Assembly: GCF_018350175.1 (NCBI RefSeq)
Contig: NC_058368.1
Coordinates: 112,780,001-112,844,000, forward strand
DNA length: 64,000 bases
Source: Felis catus
Lineage: Eukaryota
Direction: 5' to 3'
A program made the translations under genes and the position numbers. Below the pieces are notes generated by a model. The model saw nothing but the letters and a program-made list of their open reading frames with translations, did no database searches and was not told the DNA's origin. Every line of letters starts with the position of its first letter. Within the stretch, counting starts at the first letter, position 1. Positions 39,369-51,600 of the stretch are shown here, in pieces.

Positions 39369-39792
39369 TTTTTTTTCTTCCAAGATTTCATTTAAATCCG
39401 AGTTAACATATAATGTACTATTGGTTTCAGGAGTAGAATTTAGTGATTTATCACTTACAGGTAACACCCAGTGTTCATCAGAAGTGCCCTCCTTAATGCT
39501 TATCAACTTTTTAGCCCCCCCCCCCCACCGACGTTTTCTCCCCAAACCTTCAGTTTGTTCTCTATAGTTTAAAAGTCTTAATGGTTTGGCTCCCTCTCTG
39601 TTTTTATCTTGTTTTATTTGTCCTTCCTTTCCCCTGTGTTCATCTGTTTTGTTTCTTAAATTTCATTTATGACTGAAATTGTATGGCATTTGTCTTTCTC
39701 TGACTGATTTCCCTTAGCCTAATACACTCTAGTTCCATCTACATCATTGCAAATGGCAAGATCTCATTTTTGATGGCCGAGTAGTATTCCAT

Positions 39793-39866
<74 letters not shown>

Positions 39867-40640
39867 ACATGTTATTTATGCATTCATGAGTCGATGGACA
39901 TTTGGGCTCTTTCCATAATTTGGCTACTGTTGATAGTGCTGCTATAAACATTGGGGTGCCTGTGCCTCTTCGAATCAGTATTTTTGTATCCTTTTGATAA
40001 ATACCTAATAGTTCACTTGCTGGGTTGTCAGGTAGCTCTGTCTTGATCTTTGTGAGGAAATTCCACACTGTTTTCCAGAGTGGCTGCACACATTTGCATT
40101 CCCACTAACAGTATAAGAGGGTTCCCTTTTCTCCACATCCTCACCAAAATGTGTTGTTTTCTGAGTTGTTAATTGTAGTCATTCTGACAGACCTAAATGT
40201 GAGACAGGAAATCCTCAAAATCCTACAGGAGAACACAGACAACAACCTCTTTAACCTCGGCCATATCAACTTCTTACTAAACACATCTACGGAGGCAAAG
40301 GAAACAAAAGCAAACATGAGCTGTTGGGACTTCATCAAGATAAAAAGCTTCTACACAGCAAAAGAAACAGTCAACAAAACTAAAAGGCAACCCGTGGAAA
40401 GGTAGAAGATATTTGCAAATGACAAAAGGGCTAGTATCCAAAATCTATAAAGAACTTGTCAAACTAAACACCCAAAAAATAAATAATCCAGTTAAGAAAT
40501 GGGCAGAAGACATGAACGGACATTTCTCCAAAAAAGGAATGCAAATGGCTAGCAGACACATGAAAACATGCCCAATATCACTCATCATTAGAGAAATGGA
40601 AATCAAAACCACAATGAGATATTGCCTCCCACCTGTCAGT
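39369..40640 (-). mobile_element. LINE-1 with 5' inversion: minus-strand 3' part 39369-40190 plus inverted plus-strand ORF2 part 40191-40639
   Basis: ORF2 peptides on opposite strands (QPLWKTVW... on minus; DLNVRQEILKIL...WDFIKIKSF on plus); TSD atccattcttttttt at 39361 and 40641. Confidence 0.93.
39793..39863 (+). repeat. Compound (TG)n(TA)n microsatellite inside L1
   Basis: Directly visible; expanded at the L1 gtatatatatac site. Confidence 0.95.
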
Positions 40641-40649
40641 ATCCATTCT

Positions 40650-40983
40650 TTTTTTTTTTTTTTAATCCAAATTAGTTAACATAGTATAGTAATGGTTACA
40701 GGAGTAGAATCCAGTGGTTCATCACTGAATATATAACACCCAGTGCTCATCCCAGCAGGTGCCCTCCTTAATGCCTATCACCCATTTACCTCATCCCACC
40801 ACCCAGCACCCCCTCCAGCACCCCTTAGTTTGTTCTCTATATTTAAGACTCTTACGGTTTGCCTCCCTCTCTGTTTTTATGTTATTGTTTCTTCCCTTCT
40901 CCTATGTTCATCTGTTGTATTTCTTAAATTCCACATATCAGTGAAATCATATGATATTTATCTTTACCTGACTGATTTATTTC
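40650..40983 (-). mobile_element. Carnivore LINE-1 3' UTR fragment
   Basis: Poly-T, then ttagttaacata...ggagtagaat...aacacccagtgctcatccc...attccacatatcagtgaaatcatatg. Confidence 0.9.
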
Positions 40984-42219
40984 TCTTAAAGCCCAGCTAT
41001 AGCACCATCATCTCTATGACATACAGTAATTGTGTGAATACAGAGGACAAGTTATCTAACTTGCCTTAGATTGTCAGAAAGCCTTCATGGAGGAGATGCT
41101 GTTTGAGTGGGGTCTGCGTGGATTAAGAAGCAGGGAAGAGAGGGAAGGCTTTCTAGTAGGAAGGAGGAGCACCTCTATAGTTGAAGAGGCTTAGGTGAGG
41201 GGAAAGCCATGCTTCCCCCACAGTCTCAGATATTAGAGCCTCAGGGACCGATGATTTACTGCTCCCACAGATCTCTGAGAGCAGTAAGGTCTCTCCCCTC
41301 CTAAATGCCAGCATCAGAGGCTCTGAGCTGAGACTCTCCAGCACCCTGAGTGCCAGGAGCATCCATCGCATCTCTGCCCCCATCTGCCCACGGGTTCCAG
41401 CCAGACCCACAGTGCAGGAGAGCTAGGGAAGAAGCACTTGTATGCCTTCGGCGAGCTGTGGAGGGAGCCTGTGAACCGCCTTCTACTGCCTCCTCCTCTG
41501 GTGGCTCCCAGGACGCAGTACAGGGCCCAGCCCATTGCAGGGATTCATAATTATTTCTGGGATGGATAAATACTGGAATTTCGGAAGTAGTCATCACCAC
41601 ACTCCTCCTCGAAAATAACCCTGGATTGTGTTTTCATTCTCAGGACACTCCGTGGAAGAGTGAGTTGGAACATTTCCATCCCCACTAAACATTCAGACAG
41701 TGACTTCTCCCTGTTTTCCTCTGGGTAGTTAAACATGCCACAACATGAGGGGATAGCCTCTTGTCCAAGCTGCCACCAGGCACTAAATAGCGTGGCTCAT
41801 TCTGCAGTTGGAGCTCATTAGCATTAAGAGAGCTGGGGATGTGGGAGGCAGACGAATGGCAAGATTAGGTGCATAGGAATTGCAGTCAACCAAGACCAGC
41901 AGCAGGGTGAAAAACAAGTTTCCCATCCAGTATGTTGTAGAAAGGCAGTCACTCCCAAGAACGTGGGGACGATCACTTTGAAACCCCTGCGGGGTGCGTT
42001 GGTAGTAAAGGGGAATTTGAAGGGGCTAATGCTCAGAGCCGTATCGTTCTCTTTCTGGTCATAGTGAGGCTCTGGCTCTCCTTGTGGCTCTATAACTTGC
42101 TACACTGAATTCAGTTTTAATCTGAAAAAGGTCGAGGTATTAGGACAGATTTCATTCCAGGAGGGGCGATGGACTTGGATTTGTGACCTGCTTCGGGCAC
42201 TTTAGCAGGTCACGAACTC

Positions 42220-42830
42220 TGCCCTTCCTTCGTTCACTGCCTCCTTACCAGTCTATGGTTCAAGTTCTTATCCCTTGCCTCAGTTACTTTGTCAGTCTCC
42301 TGTGGCCTCTAGTTCCTTTCCCTGCTCCTTCTCTAATCCACGCCAGCGTGCACACACCTGACCATATTCTTCTCAGGAGAATGCCTCCCAGTCATCTGCA
42401 GAATAAAATCGGAATCCCTTGATGGATGGGGCCTGTCCCCACATGGTCCTTGTCTACTTTCCCCTTCAGTCTCTGTTCATCTCTTTTGATCTCTCTTCTG
42501 TTCCCCGAGCAAGCTGTGTTATCTTCCACTTCTTTGCCTTTGCTAGCAATTTTCTTTCTTACCACCACTGTACCCCTCTTTCCTCGAGCATATCTGATTT
42601 ATTTCCGTTAAAATTCTGATTGTCACCTCCCCTTGGAACCCTCCTACTGGCAGTCTCTCAGCCCCTCCGATGTTCCCGTGATACCTACATAAGTCTTATC
42701 AGAGCATTTTTCTCACTGTATTTAATTATTTGCTTACTTCACCACCCCACGGTATCAGCGAGGATGGCAACTGTGTTTGATTCCCTGTCACAGGATTCTC
42801 AGACCTGAGCAGAATACATAGGACATAGGA
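42220..42830 (+). mobile_element. L2 LINE 3' region
   Basis: gttcaagttcttatcccttgcctcagttact...gcagaataaaatc...ctttgcctttgct...tcactgtatttaattatttgcttact. Confidence 0.7.
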
Positions 42831-42929
42831 GGAGGTTAGGTCCTGCTGTCTCTCCACATTTCCCACCACCTCGTGGTCTATCACTGCATTCCCTCTCCTC
42901 ACACCACATGGATTTTTAAACACTTAGTT

Positions 42930-44620
42930 GTAAACATTTTTGCTGATTTACATTCGGTAAAACGTATATGTATTTTAGTATATGTGTTTGATAAATGCAC
43001 ACAACAATGTAACCACCACCCTTATTAAGATATAGAACATTTAAATTGTTCTGAAAGTTTCCTCAGGCCGCTTTGCAGCCAACTTGTTACTCCTCTTATC
43101 ACTCACTGTTTTGTATATAGACGTACTCTTTCCAGTTCTAGAACTTCATGTAAATGAGATCATACAGTATAGATCCTCTTCTGTCTTTTTATACTCAGCA
43201 TCTTTGTTTGATTCATCTGTGGTATGTGCTTTGTTCTTCTTTATTGCTGACTAGTATTCCATTGGGCAAATATACTGTAGTTTATTAACCCATCCATCTG
43301 TCGATAGACATTTGGGTTGTTTCCGGTTTGGAGCCATTGTGAATAAAACTGCGACCGGTATTGTTGTCCAAGGCTTTTTGTGGACACGTGTTTTCATATT
43401 TCTTAGGTAAAATACCCAGGAGTAAACTTGCTGGGTCTTAAGTGTATGTTTAACTTGCTAAGAAGTGGCCGAATAATTCCCTGCAGGGATTATTTCATTT
43501 TACATTTCTACTAGTAACATACAAGAGTTCTAGCTGCTCCCCACTTTGCCAATACTGCTACTCTCAAGTCTTCTTACTTGCAGTCATTGAAGTGGTTGTG
43601 CGGTTGTGGATCATTGTGTCTGCAGTTTGCTTGTGCCCATGTTTAACAGTGTTTCACATGCGTGTGGCCCATTTGCATGTCCTCATTGTTTTAGTTTTGT
43701 TTAAACTTTTTTAATGTTTATTTATTTTTGAGGGAGAAAGACAGAGACAGAGACAGAGCTTGATAGGGGACGGGCCAGAGAGAGAGGGAGAATCCGAAGC
43801 AGGCTCCAGGCTCCGAGCTGCCAACACAGAGCCTGGGGCTCAAACCCCCAAACCGTGAGATCATGACCTGAGCCCATGTCTGATGCTTAACTGATTGAGC
43901 CCCCCAGGCGCCCCTTGTATGTCCTCATTCTTAATGTGTCATCTTCAAATCTCTTATCTATACTTTACTGGATAGTTTGTCCTTCTATTAATGTTTTGTG
44001 TCCCTTTTAAAGTATTTTGACCGCCTTCGGGTTGTGGATGTTTTTTCCTTTGTTTTCTTCTAGAAGTTTTACGGTTTTAGCTTCTAAGGTGAAGTATATG
44101 ATTCATTTTGAATTAGTTTTGTGAATGGCATAAGGTGGGGGTGAAATTCATTTTTTATATGAATATTTAATTGTTCCCTATCATTTTACAAAAAGACTAT
44201 CCTTTAACCATTGAATTGCCTTGTCCCTTGTGTCAAAAAAAAAAAAAAGCCATGTATTATACATGCGTAGGTCTTTTTCTGGATTATCTACTCGGCTCCA
44301 CCGATCTACAGTCTCCATGTACACGAATGTCACATTCTCTTGATTATTGTAGCCTTGTAATTTATCTTTAAATATGATAATAAAAATCCTCTAATTTTGT
44401 TCTGCATTTTCAAAATTGTTTTGTAATCCTAGATTCTTTAAACTTTAGAATCAGCTTGATAATTCCATTTGTTGAAAAGGCTTCTAAGGTTTTTTATTGG
44501 TATTAGATTGATTCTGTGGGTCAACTTCTGTGAGAAACGAGTTTTACTTTTTCGAGTAGAAGTCTTGCAGCTCTTGTTGAACTTTCTCCAAAGAACTTTA
44601 TGGTTTTGATGCTACTGTAA
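42930..44620 (-). mobile_element. Ancient LINE-1 (L1M, L1MD/ME-like) 3' region
   Basis: tgtaaccaccacc...aagatatagaacatt...gttctagaacttcatgtaaatgagatcatacagtat...agacatttgggttgtttcc...ttttcaaaattgttttg. Confidence 0.8.
43688..43914 (-). mobile_element. Can-SINE with 15-bp TSD
   Basis: TSD ttg(c/t)atgtcctcatt at 43673-43687 and 43915-43929. Confidence 0.95.
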
Positions 44621-45661
44621 GTTTTATTATATTAAAAAAATAAGTGTTCTATTTTAGAACAATTTGATATTTACAGAAATGTAGCACAGCTAATACAAAA
44701 AGTTCCCCTATAACATATATCCACTTTCCTCTATTTTTAACATCTTACATTAGTCATAATTAACAGAACAAATTTGACTACATTATTTTTAAACAAAGTC
44801 CATACTTCATTCAGATTTCCTTAGTTTTACCTAATTTCCTCTTTGTGTTGCAGAATCCAATTAGGGATATCACAGTATATTTAGAAGTCATGTCCCCTTA
44901 CCTACCCTTGCCTGTCACAGTTTCTTAGACTTACTTTGTTTTTAATGAGTTTCATAATTTTGACAATTTGTAGAATGTCCCTCAACTGGATTTTTTCTGA
45001 CGTTTTTCACACAGTTAGTTGGGGTTATATATTCTTGGAAGGAAGACAACAGAGGTAAATTGCTGTGTTCATCACATCTTATCCAGTGGACCTACAAGCA
45101 ATATGCTTATGACATTTGATGCTGACTTTGACCACCTGGCTGAGGAAGTGTGTGTAGTTTGTATCAAGTTTGTCTGCTGTAAAGCTACTCTCTTTTTCCT
45201 GTTTCCATACTGCACTCTTTGGAATGAAATCACCATCTGCAGCCCTCACATAAGGAGTAGGCACCTATGCTTCCTCGTCCTGGAAGGTTATCATTCGGAG
45301 TTTTACTGCATAGAAGGTTTGTCTCATATCACATTTACTTATTTATAATCATTTCTTGATTTCAATGTGGACTTAAAGATGTTTATTTTAAACTCTGATT
45401 TATAAGCCAGTACTACTTATTTTGTTGCTCAAATTTTTTCAGCCTTGGGCACTGGGAGCTCTTTCATTTGCTCCTCTGTCCCTTTGTTATACCTCCATCA
45501 CTGTGGACCTTTTTTTGTTCTTTAAGTTGTTCCTTACTTTCTGGCACTACGGGATGATCAGGCTCATTTTGTGTATTTCCTGCCTCAGACCCAGACTCAG
45601 ATATTTCTCTAAGGAATACTGGTTCCTCTCAGTGGGGAATGGTATTAAAAAACTAAACTGA

Positions 45662-45876
45662 GGGGCGCCTGGGTGGCGCAGTCGGTTAACGTCCGACTTC
45701 AGCCAGGTCACGATCTCGCGGTCCATGAGTTCGAGCCCCGCGTCGGGCTCTGGGCTGATGGCTCAGAGCCTGGAGCCTGTTTCCGATTCTGTGTCTCCCT
45801 CTCTCTCTGCCCCTCCCCCGTTCATGCTCTGTCTCTCTCTGTCCCAAAAATTAATTAAAAAAAACGTTGAAAAAAA
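45662..45876 (+). mobile_element. Young Can-SINE (SINEC_Fc-like), CpG-rich, perfect TSD
   Basis: ggggcgcctgggtggcgcagtcggtt...; TSD aaaaaactaaactga at 45647-45661 and 45877-45891. Confidence 0.97.
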
Positions 45877-46462
45877 AAAAAACTAAACTGAGATCTGGCT
45901 GCTAGGTGTGCTCACTGCTACTAGATGCTGTTACTTCTAGGTCCTCTCAGCAGACAGACCAAGGGAATACATGTATGTATACTACCATGTGCATATACAC
46001 ATATCTATAACTATTTCTTTAGGTAGCCATCTACGTTTATATTAAGATAAACATGAGTTGACGCTGAGGTCTCCAAGTCTGAGTCATCCACACGGATCAT
46101 TCTAGCCTCTTCTCCTTGTGTATCCGCAACTTCCCATCCCAACCATTTACTAAATTGTTCAGTTATAGTATACGTGCATATCAGCTTCAGAACTGTTAAC
46201 CCGTAGGAACTACTGTCAGCTGGAGCCCAGACTTAGAAATAGTTTCTTTTGCCTATAGTCATACAGATTTCACTCATTTCACAGTTATATACATTAGTAC
46301 CTTTACCCTGAGCCCTTCCAGTGAGGTTGTTCTACACATTTGTAATACACTTCATTTTATCTTTTCCATATTTCATCTTGGGACTCTCCCAGTTTCCTAA
46401 GTGGTTTTTAAATTTTGCATATATTAAGGTTCGATCTTGGTGCAGCAACATTCCGTGTTTTT

Positions 46463-46467
46463 AAATT

Positions 46468-46514
<47 letters not shown>

Positions 46515-47139
46515 TTCATTTAATGTTTATGTATTTTTTAAAATATTACTTATTGTCAAATTGGTTTCCGTAAAACACCCAGTGCTCATCCCAACAAGTA
46601 CCCTCCTCCATGCCTATCACGCACTTTCCCCTCCCCTCACCCCCATCAACCCTCAGTTTGTTCTCAGTATCCAAGATTATCTTATGGTTTGCCTACCTCC
46701 CTCTCTGTGACTTTTTTTCCCCCTTCCCCTCCCCCATAGTTTTCTGTGGTTTCTCAGGATCCACATATGAGTGAAAACATATGACATCTGTCTTTTTCTG
46801 ACTGACTTATTTTACTTAGCATAATACCCTCCAGTTCCATCCACGTTGCTGCAAATGGCAGGATTTCATTCTTTCTCATTGCCAAGTAGTATTCCATTGT
46901 ATATAGAAACCACATCTTCTTTATCCATTCATCAGTTGATGGACATTTAGCCTCTTTCCATAATTTGGCTATTTTGGGGGGAGGAGGGGCAGAGAGAGAG
47001 GAAGACACAGAATCCAAAGCAGGCTCCAGGCTCTGAGCTGTTAGCACAGAGCCCAACGTGGGGCTTGAGCCCACGAACCATGAGATTATGACCTGAGCCA
47101 AAGTTGGGCACTTAACGAACTGAGCCACCCAGGTGCCCG
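46463..47139 (-). mobile_element. Can-SINE interrupted by a LINE-1 3' fragment (about 46535-46974)
   Basis: SINE (TTTA)n tail, L1 3' UTR and ORF2 end, then the SINE body; outer TSD cattc(c/t)gtgtttt at 46449 and 47140. Confidence 0.92.
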
Positions 47140-47749
47140 CATTCTGTGTTTTCTTAAAGTGAAAATCTTTTGTGTGGTTATAAATTTCTGATCAGTTTGA
47201 TAAATACCTGGAAGTCTGATTGCTGGATTATATGGTAAAACTATGGTTAGCTTTGTGAGAAACTGGCAAACTGTCTTCTAAAGTGCTATGCCATTTTCAT
47301 TTCTCAACAGTTATTCCATATTCTTAGTAGCCATGGATGTTGTCAGGTTTATTTTTATTTTTGCCACTGTAACAGGTATGTAGTCGTATCTCATTGTTTT
47401 AGTTTGCAGTTCCCTGATAATATTCACATGTTTTCTTATGCTTGCCATGTGTATATCTTTGGTGAGATATTTGTTTTATTATTTTCCCACTTTTTGATTT
47501 GATTGTTTTCTTACTGTTGAGCTTTAAGAGTCTTTTGTGTATTTGTGTTACAACTCCTATATCAGATAGGTATTTTGGAAAATATTTTCTCCCAGTTTGT
47601 GGCTTATCTTTTGGTTCTCTTAACAGTGCTTAATGCCAGCTTATAAGAAAGGTTTTTATTTTCTAGTGAGATTTAATATTATTAAGATAGTATTTCTTTA
47701 ATTCATTAAACATTTTTAAATTTATTTAAACATATTTATTCATACATTT

Positions 47750-48670
47750 TTTAATATCTTTGTGTGCTGAATCCAACCTCTAGAGTAGATTTTTAGGGAT
47801 GGCTTCTATCTTGAGTATGGGTCACACATTGTTATTTTTCTTTTCTCTGTCTCTTTCACTTTCTGTCTCTCACTCTCTGGCACTCTCTCTCCAGTAATAT
47901 TTGATTTGGAATGGATATTGGTAAGAATACATTTAGAAAATGTATTGAGTCTGTTATCTTCCTCTGAAGAGTGTTAATTTTTGTTCTCTTAGGCAGTTCA
48001 CTTACTGGTTATTCACTTTCAACCTGTATAGACTTGGTTTTATGCTAATTTCGAGTGGATCAGTGAAACGTCTATGGTGTTTCCTCAGCTGCTCTAAGTT
48101 GGTGGGACTTAGCCTCCAGACTTGATTTCCCCTGACGGATCTCGTCAGGTCTTGGTGTTAGGCTTTGTTAGGATAGGTATAGAGTATGCCTTATTTTAGG
48201 ATGCAGTCTTTACTCTTTTGGCTTAGCCTTTCTGGTGTCTCAGCTCTACGTCTGGGATGTTAATGAGGTATTAATGATTTTTAGCCTCTCAGGCTACATT
48301 TAACCTCCAGTGTTCCCCAGCACTGCTTGACTGCTATTCTCTTTGCTCTGATCTCAAGTCTGCAGCAGCCAGTAGGTCTCATATTGTCTACCCTATATAA
48401 TCATAGTCCAGTCTTTGGCCAAAGTCTTGTGGGAAATGCCCAGTAGGCTTTGCGCCGGTCTCTCACTTACTGTAAAGTGGTCAGGAAATTGTTCCTAAGC
48501 AGGTGATGTTCTCCTTACCTCAAGCATCATGCAGCTTCACTGCCTCCTAGCCAAGGTCTAAAAACAGTTGCCTCATACATTTTGTCCAGTTTTACAGTTA
48601 TTTTCAGTGGGAGGGCCTATTGAAATCTAGAGCCAGTAACTCTGTCATAGCTAGAAAAAGAAGTCCCAAT
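47750..48670 (-). mobile_element. Ancient L1M 5'-region fragments
   Basis: tatcttcctctgaagagtgttaatttttgttctcttaggcag...aaaacagttgcctcatacattttgtccagtttt...ccagtaactctgtcatagctagaaaaagaagtc. Confidence 0.6.
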
Positions 48671-49109
48671 ACAATATTAAAATTTTTTTTTTTTGTCTTT
48701 CAAGGACCTTCTTGAATACTATTTCTTCCTTGAAGTATCTGCTAATATTGCCAGGCAGAATTAATCTCTTTCTTTGTTTCATGTCCATTGCCTTTTGCAC
48801 TTCTCTTATCACTGTGAAACATGGAAGAAGTACCTGTTCCTAGGTCTAATTATTTGAAGAATGCCATTATTGTGTTACAACTAATGATGGGTCTCTTGTG
48901 GAATGACAAGACTGGGGAGGGGCTGTCACAGTTTCTGGTTCTACTTCAAGATCAGTAACCAGCAGGATGCATTCCCATATGCTTCATGTTTTTACCCCAC
49001 TAGAGCAAAGTTCGTTAACAGGAGGGACTATATGTTTTTAATCTTTGTTTTCTCTCATTATGTTGAATATAGTGCCTGACTCATTGATGATGATGATGAT
49101 GACAGTGAT

Positions 49110-49350
49110 AGATATTTGCCAGGTGCTAGACTAGACATTTTATTTAATGAACAATCATTGATATGGAATTTACCATGTGCCAACTATTATTCTGAGCCCT
49201 TACAAATAATAGTTTATGTACATGAATATATATGATAACTTTATGAGGAGCTCTGTTATCTCCATTTTATAGATGAGAAAACTGAGGCTTGAAAAAGTTG
49301 GATAACTTTCTTATGTGCTCATACACCTAACAAGGAGTAGAGTGGGGCTA
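49110..49350 (-). mobile_element. MIR SINE
   Basis: taccatgtgcca...ctccattttatagatgagaaaactgaggctt. Confidence 0.8.
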
Positions 49351-49709
49351 GTAGGTAATTGTGGGATATTTGTTAGATTGCATAAAATTTGCATCTTCTA
49401 CTTGATAGTGTTTCACTCCACCTTTATCGGGAGTGGTATTTTACCAATGTACACAGTGTGTACTTACCCTGCAGTGATTTGTCTGGTCATTCCAGGCCTC
49501 CCTTCTGCAATGTTCCATTTGATGGGTACGGAGCTTCCAGAGCGAGTTAATGGCTGTGTGGCTAGATCCAGAACCATAATGGCCCAATTCTTATTGATTG
49601 CTTGCAGTCACTGCTTCCAGATTATATTTTGGGCAAAACGGCGCTTTTTGAAATGACCAGGAAGAATGTTATGCTTCTCCAGGAATATGAGTCAGGTAGT
49701 GAGCAAGTA

Positions 49710-50162
49710 TAGTAGTCGCACCGTATCGGTGGTTTTGCTTTCTACGGTTTTAGTTACCTGTGGTCAACCAGTCTGGAAGCACATGGTCCTCCTTTTGATG
49801 TATCATCAGAAGGTCAGTAGTAGCACAAAGCTATAGCACAATGCCTACATCATTCACCTCATTTCCTCTCATCACATAGGCATTTATCATCTCGCACCTT
49901 ACAAGAAGAAGAGTGAATATGGTACAATAAGATATGTTGCGAGAGAGAGACCACATGCACATAATTCTTATTATATATTGTTACAATTATTATATTATTA
50001 GTTATTAGTTTTTATCTCTTACTATGCCTAATTTCTAAATTAAGCTTTATCATAGGTATGTGTGTACAGGAAAAAGCATAGTGTGTGTAGGGCTTGTGGA
50101 CATGTTGCTGTCCGTGGTTTCAGAAATCCACTTGGGTCCCTGCAGATAAGGGGCAACTACTG
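49710..50162. mobile_element. MER44-type (Tigger7-derived) DNA transposon
   Basis: Inverted ends (t)agtagtc and ataaggggcaactactg, each flanked by TA; internal cagaaggtcagtagtagc...catcattcacctca...gagagagagaccacat. Confidence 0.85.
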
Positions 50163-50809
50163 TACTCACACTTTAATTCAGGTTTTATGGAGTTATAAGA
50201 TTCAATAAGACATTTTAGCCTAATGTATCAAGAAAATCTCAGCACAATATTTCTCCAAAGAGCTTCATCTTCTTTCTGCCAGTGGGGATAAGAAGAGGGA
50301 GAAAACTCCTCTGGTCAAAAAAGACACTGCTGGGCTCTGAATTGAAGCAAGCTCACAACACAGGAACATCTTTTTTGTAGTGTAAGCCCTTCCCATTCCC
50401 CACCAGTGATAGATAATGGTATTCACCTAGAGTAAAAGGAAGGTCTTGACTTCATATTCCTACAACTTGCTATTTCTCCTAAATCCTAAAAGATTTTTAG
50501 AGGAAACTTAGCTGATTTTCACAGCTCCAGTAAGTGATTGCATTTGCTTCTTGCTTGTGCCATTTTTTTTTTTTTTTATGAATTCATCCAGTCCCTAGTC
50601 CTTGTATTGTGTACGTGTGTGTGCATGTGTGTGTGTAGGGTGGTTGCATCCTAGTGCTATACTGATTTTGAAAGCAATTCCAGGGCACACTCCACTGGTC
50701 CAAGAAATTTCACAGAGGACACAATTTAGAGAACCAGTCAAATACTTAGTGAATTTACTATGTAGGCCCTGAATTGAACTGCGACTTGTGTTAGTTAAGG
50801 AACTGGGGG

Positions 50810-50980
50810 AGGTGGTATAAGGAGATGGTAATTGAGCACTAGCTTTTGGAGTGAGACAGAATGGCCTCAGTTCCTAGTCTGGTGCCTGTTAACTATGTAA
50901 TCTTGACCGTGAGAATTAACCTTTCTACACTTCCATTTCTTTTCATATAAAATAGGAATAATAGATGTGACGTGGGTGTG
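50810..50980 (+). mobile_element. MIR SINE
   Basis: gagcactagcttttggagtgagacaga...actatgtaatcttg...tataaaataggaataata. Confidence 0.75.
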
Positions 50981-51019
50981 GCTTTCACCACCCTGTAAAC
51001 AAAAGTTTACAAGAGGGCT

Positions 51020-51230
51020 TGACAAAAGTTAACCATGTTATCACTGTTCCAAGTTGTTTACGTATATTATTTCAGTCAACTTTTCAACATCTCTTAGATA
51101 CTTTCCTCACTTTTGTAGTTGAGGAAATCCAAAATTCAGAGAGTTTAAATGACTTGCCTGGGGCCTAGAGCGAATAAGTTACCAGCAAAAATGAATTGAA
51201 CCTAACTGGTCTGCATTATCTTTCAAATGC
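51020..51230 (-). mobile_element. MIR SINE
   Basis: gttgaggaaatcc...cagagagtttaaatgacttgcc...attgaacctaactggtctg. Confidence 0.7.
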
Positions 51231-51374
51231 TGGGGTAGCCTCTGTAAAGTCCCTGAACACTGATGATAGGAGCTTGGAACAGGAAGTTCATGTTGTTCAG
51301 CCACCAGTGTTTCATGAACATGCCAACTGGATATGTAATCAACCTGGTATTAAGCAGCTGTTTAAACAAACAGC

Positions 51375-51600
51375 AAATAAGTAAACAAGACATTTCTTGA
51401 ATGCTTGCCATGTGCTAAGCAGTTCCCTAAGTTTTTTCTCATATTATATCTTCCAGTTCTCATAGTAACCTTGTAAGACTACCATGATCATCCTATTACA
51501 TGTGCTGACATGTAAATGTTTATTTACTCAAGGTCACAGGACTAGGAAGTGGCACAGCTAGGACTTGAATGCAGGCCTGTCTAATCCCAAAAGACTTATT
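51375..51600 (-). mobile_element. MIR SINE
   Basis: catgtgctaagca...tctcatagtaaccttgtaag...aaggtcacaggactaggaagtggcacagctaggacttgaa. Confidence 0.8.

Larger units (their letters stand above)
44645..47630 (-). mobile_element. Ancient LINE-1 with long 3' UTR (L1MC/L1MD-like), interrupted by a SINE and a SINE/L1 composite
   Basis: aaagtccatacttcattcagatttccttagtttt...ttgttgctcaaatt...gggagctctttca...ctggcactac...; resumes after 47160 with ORF2 end tgctggattatatggtaaaactatg. Confidence 0.8.
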
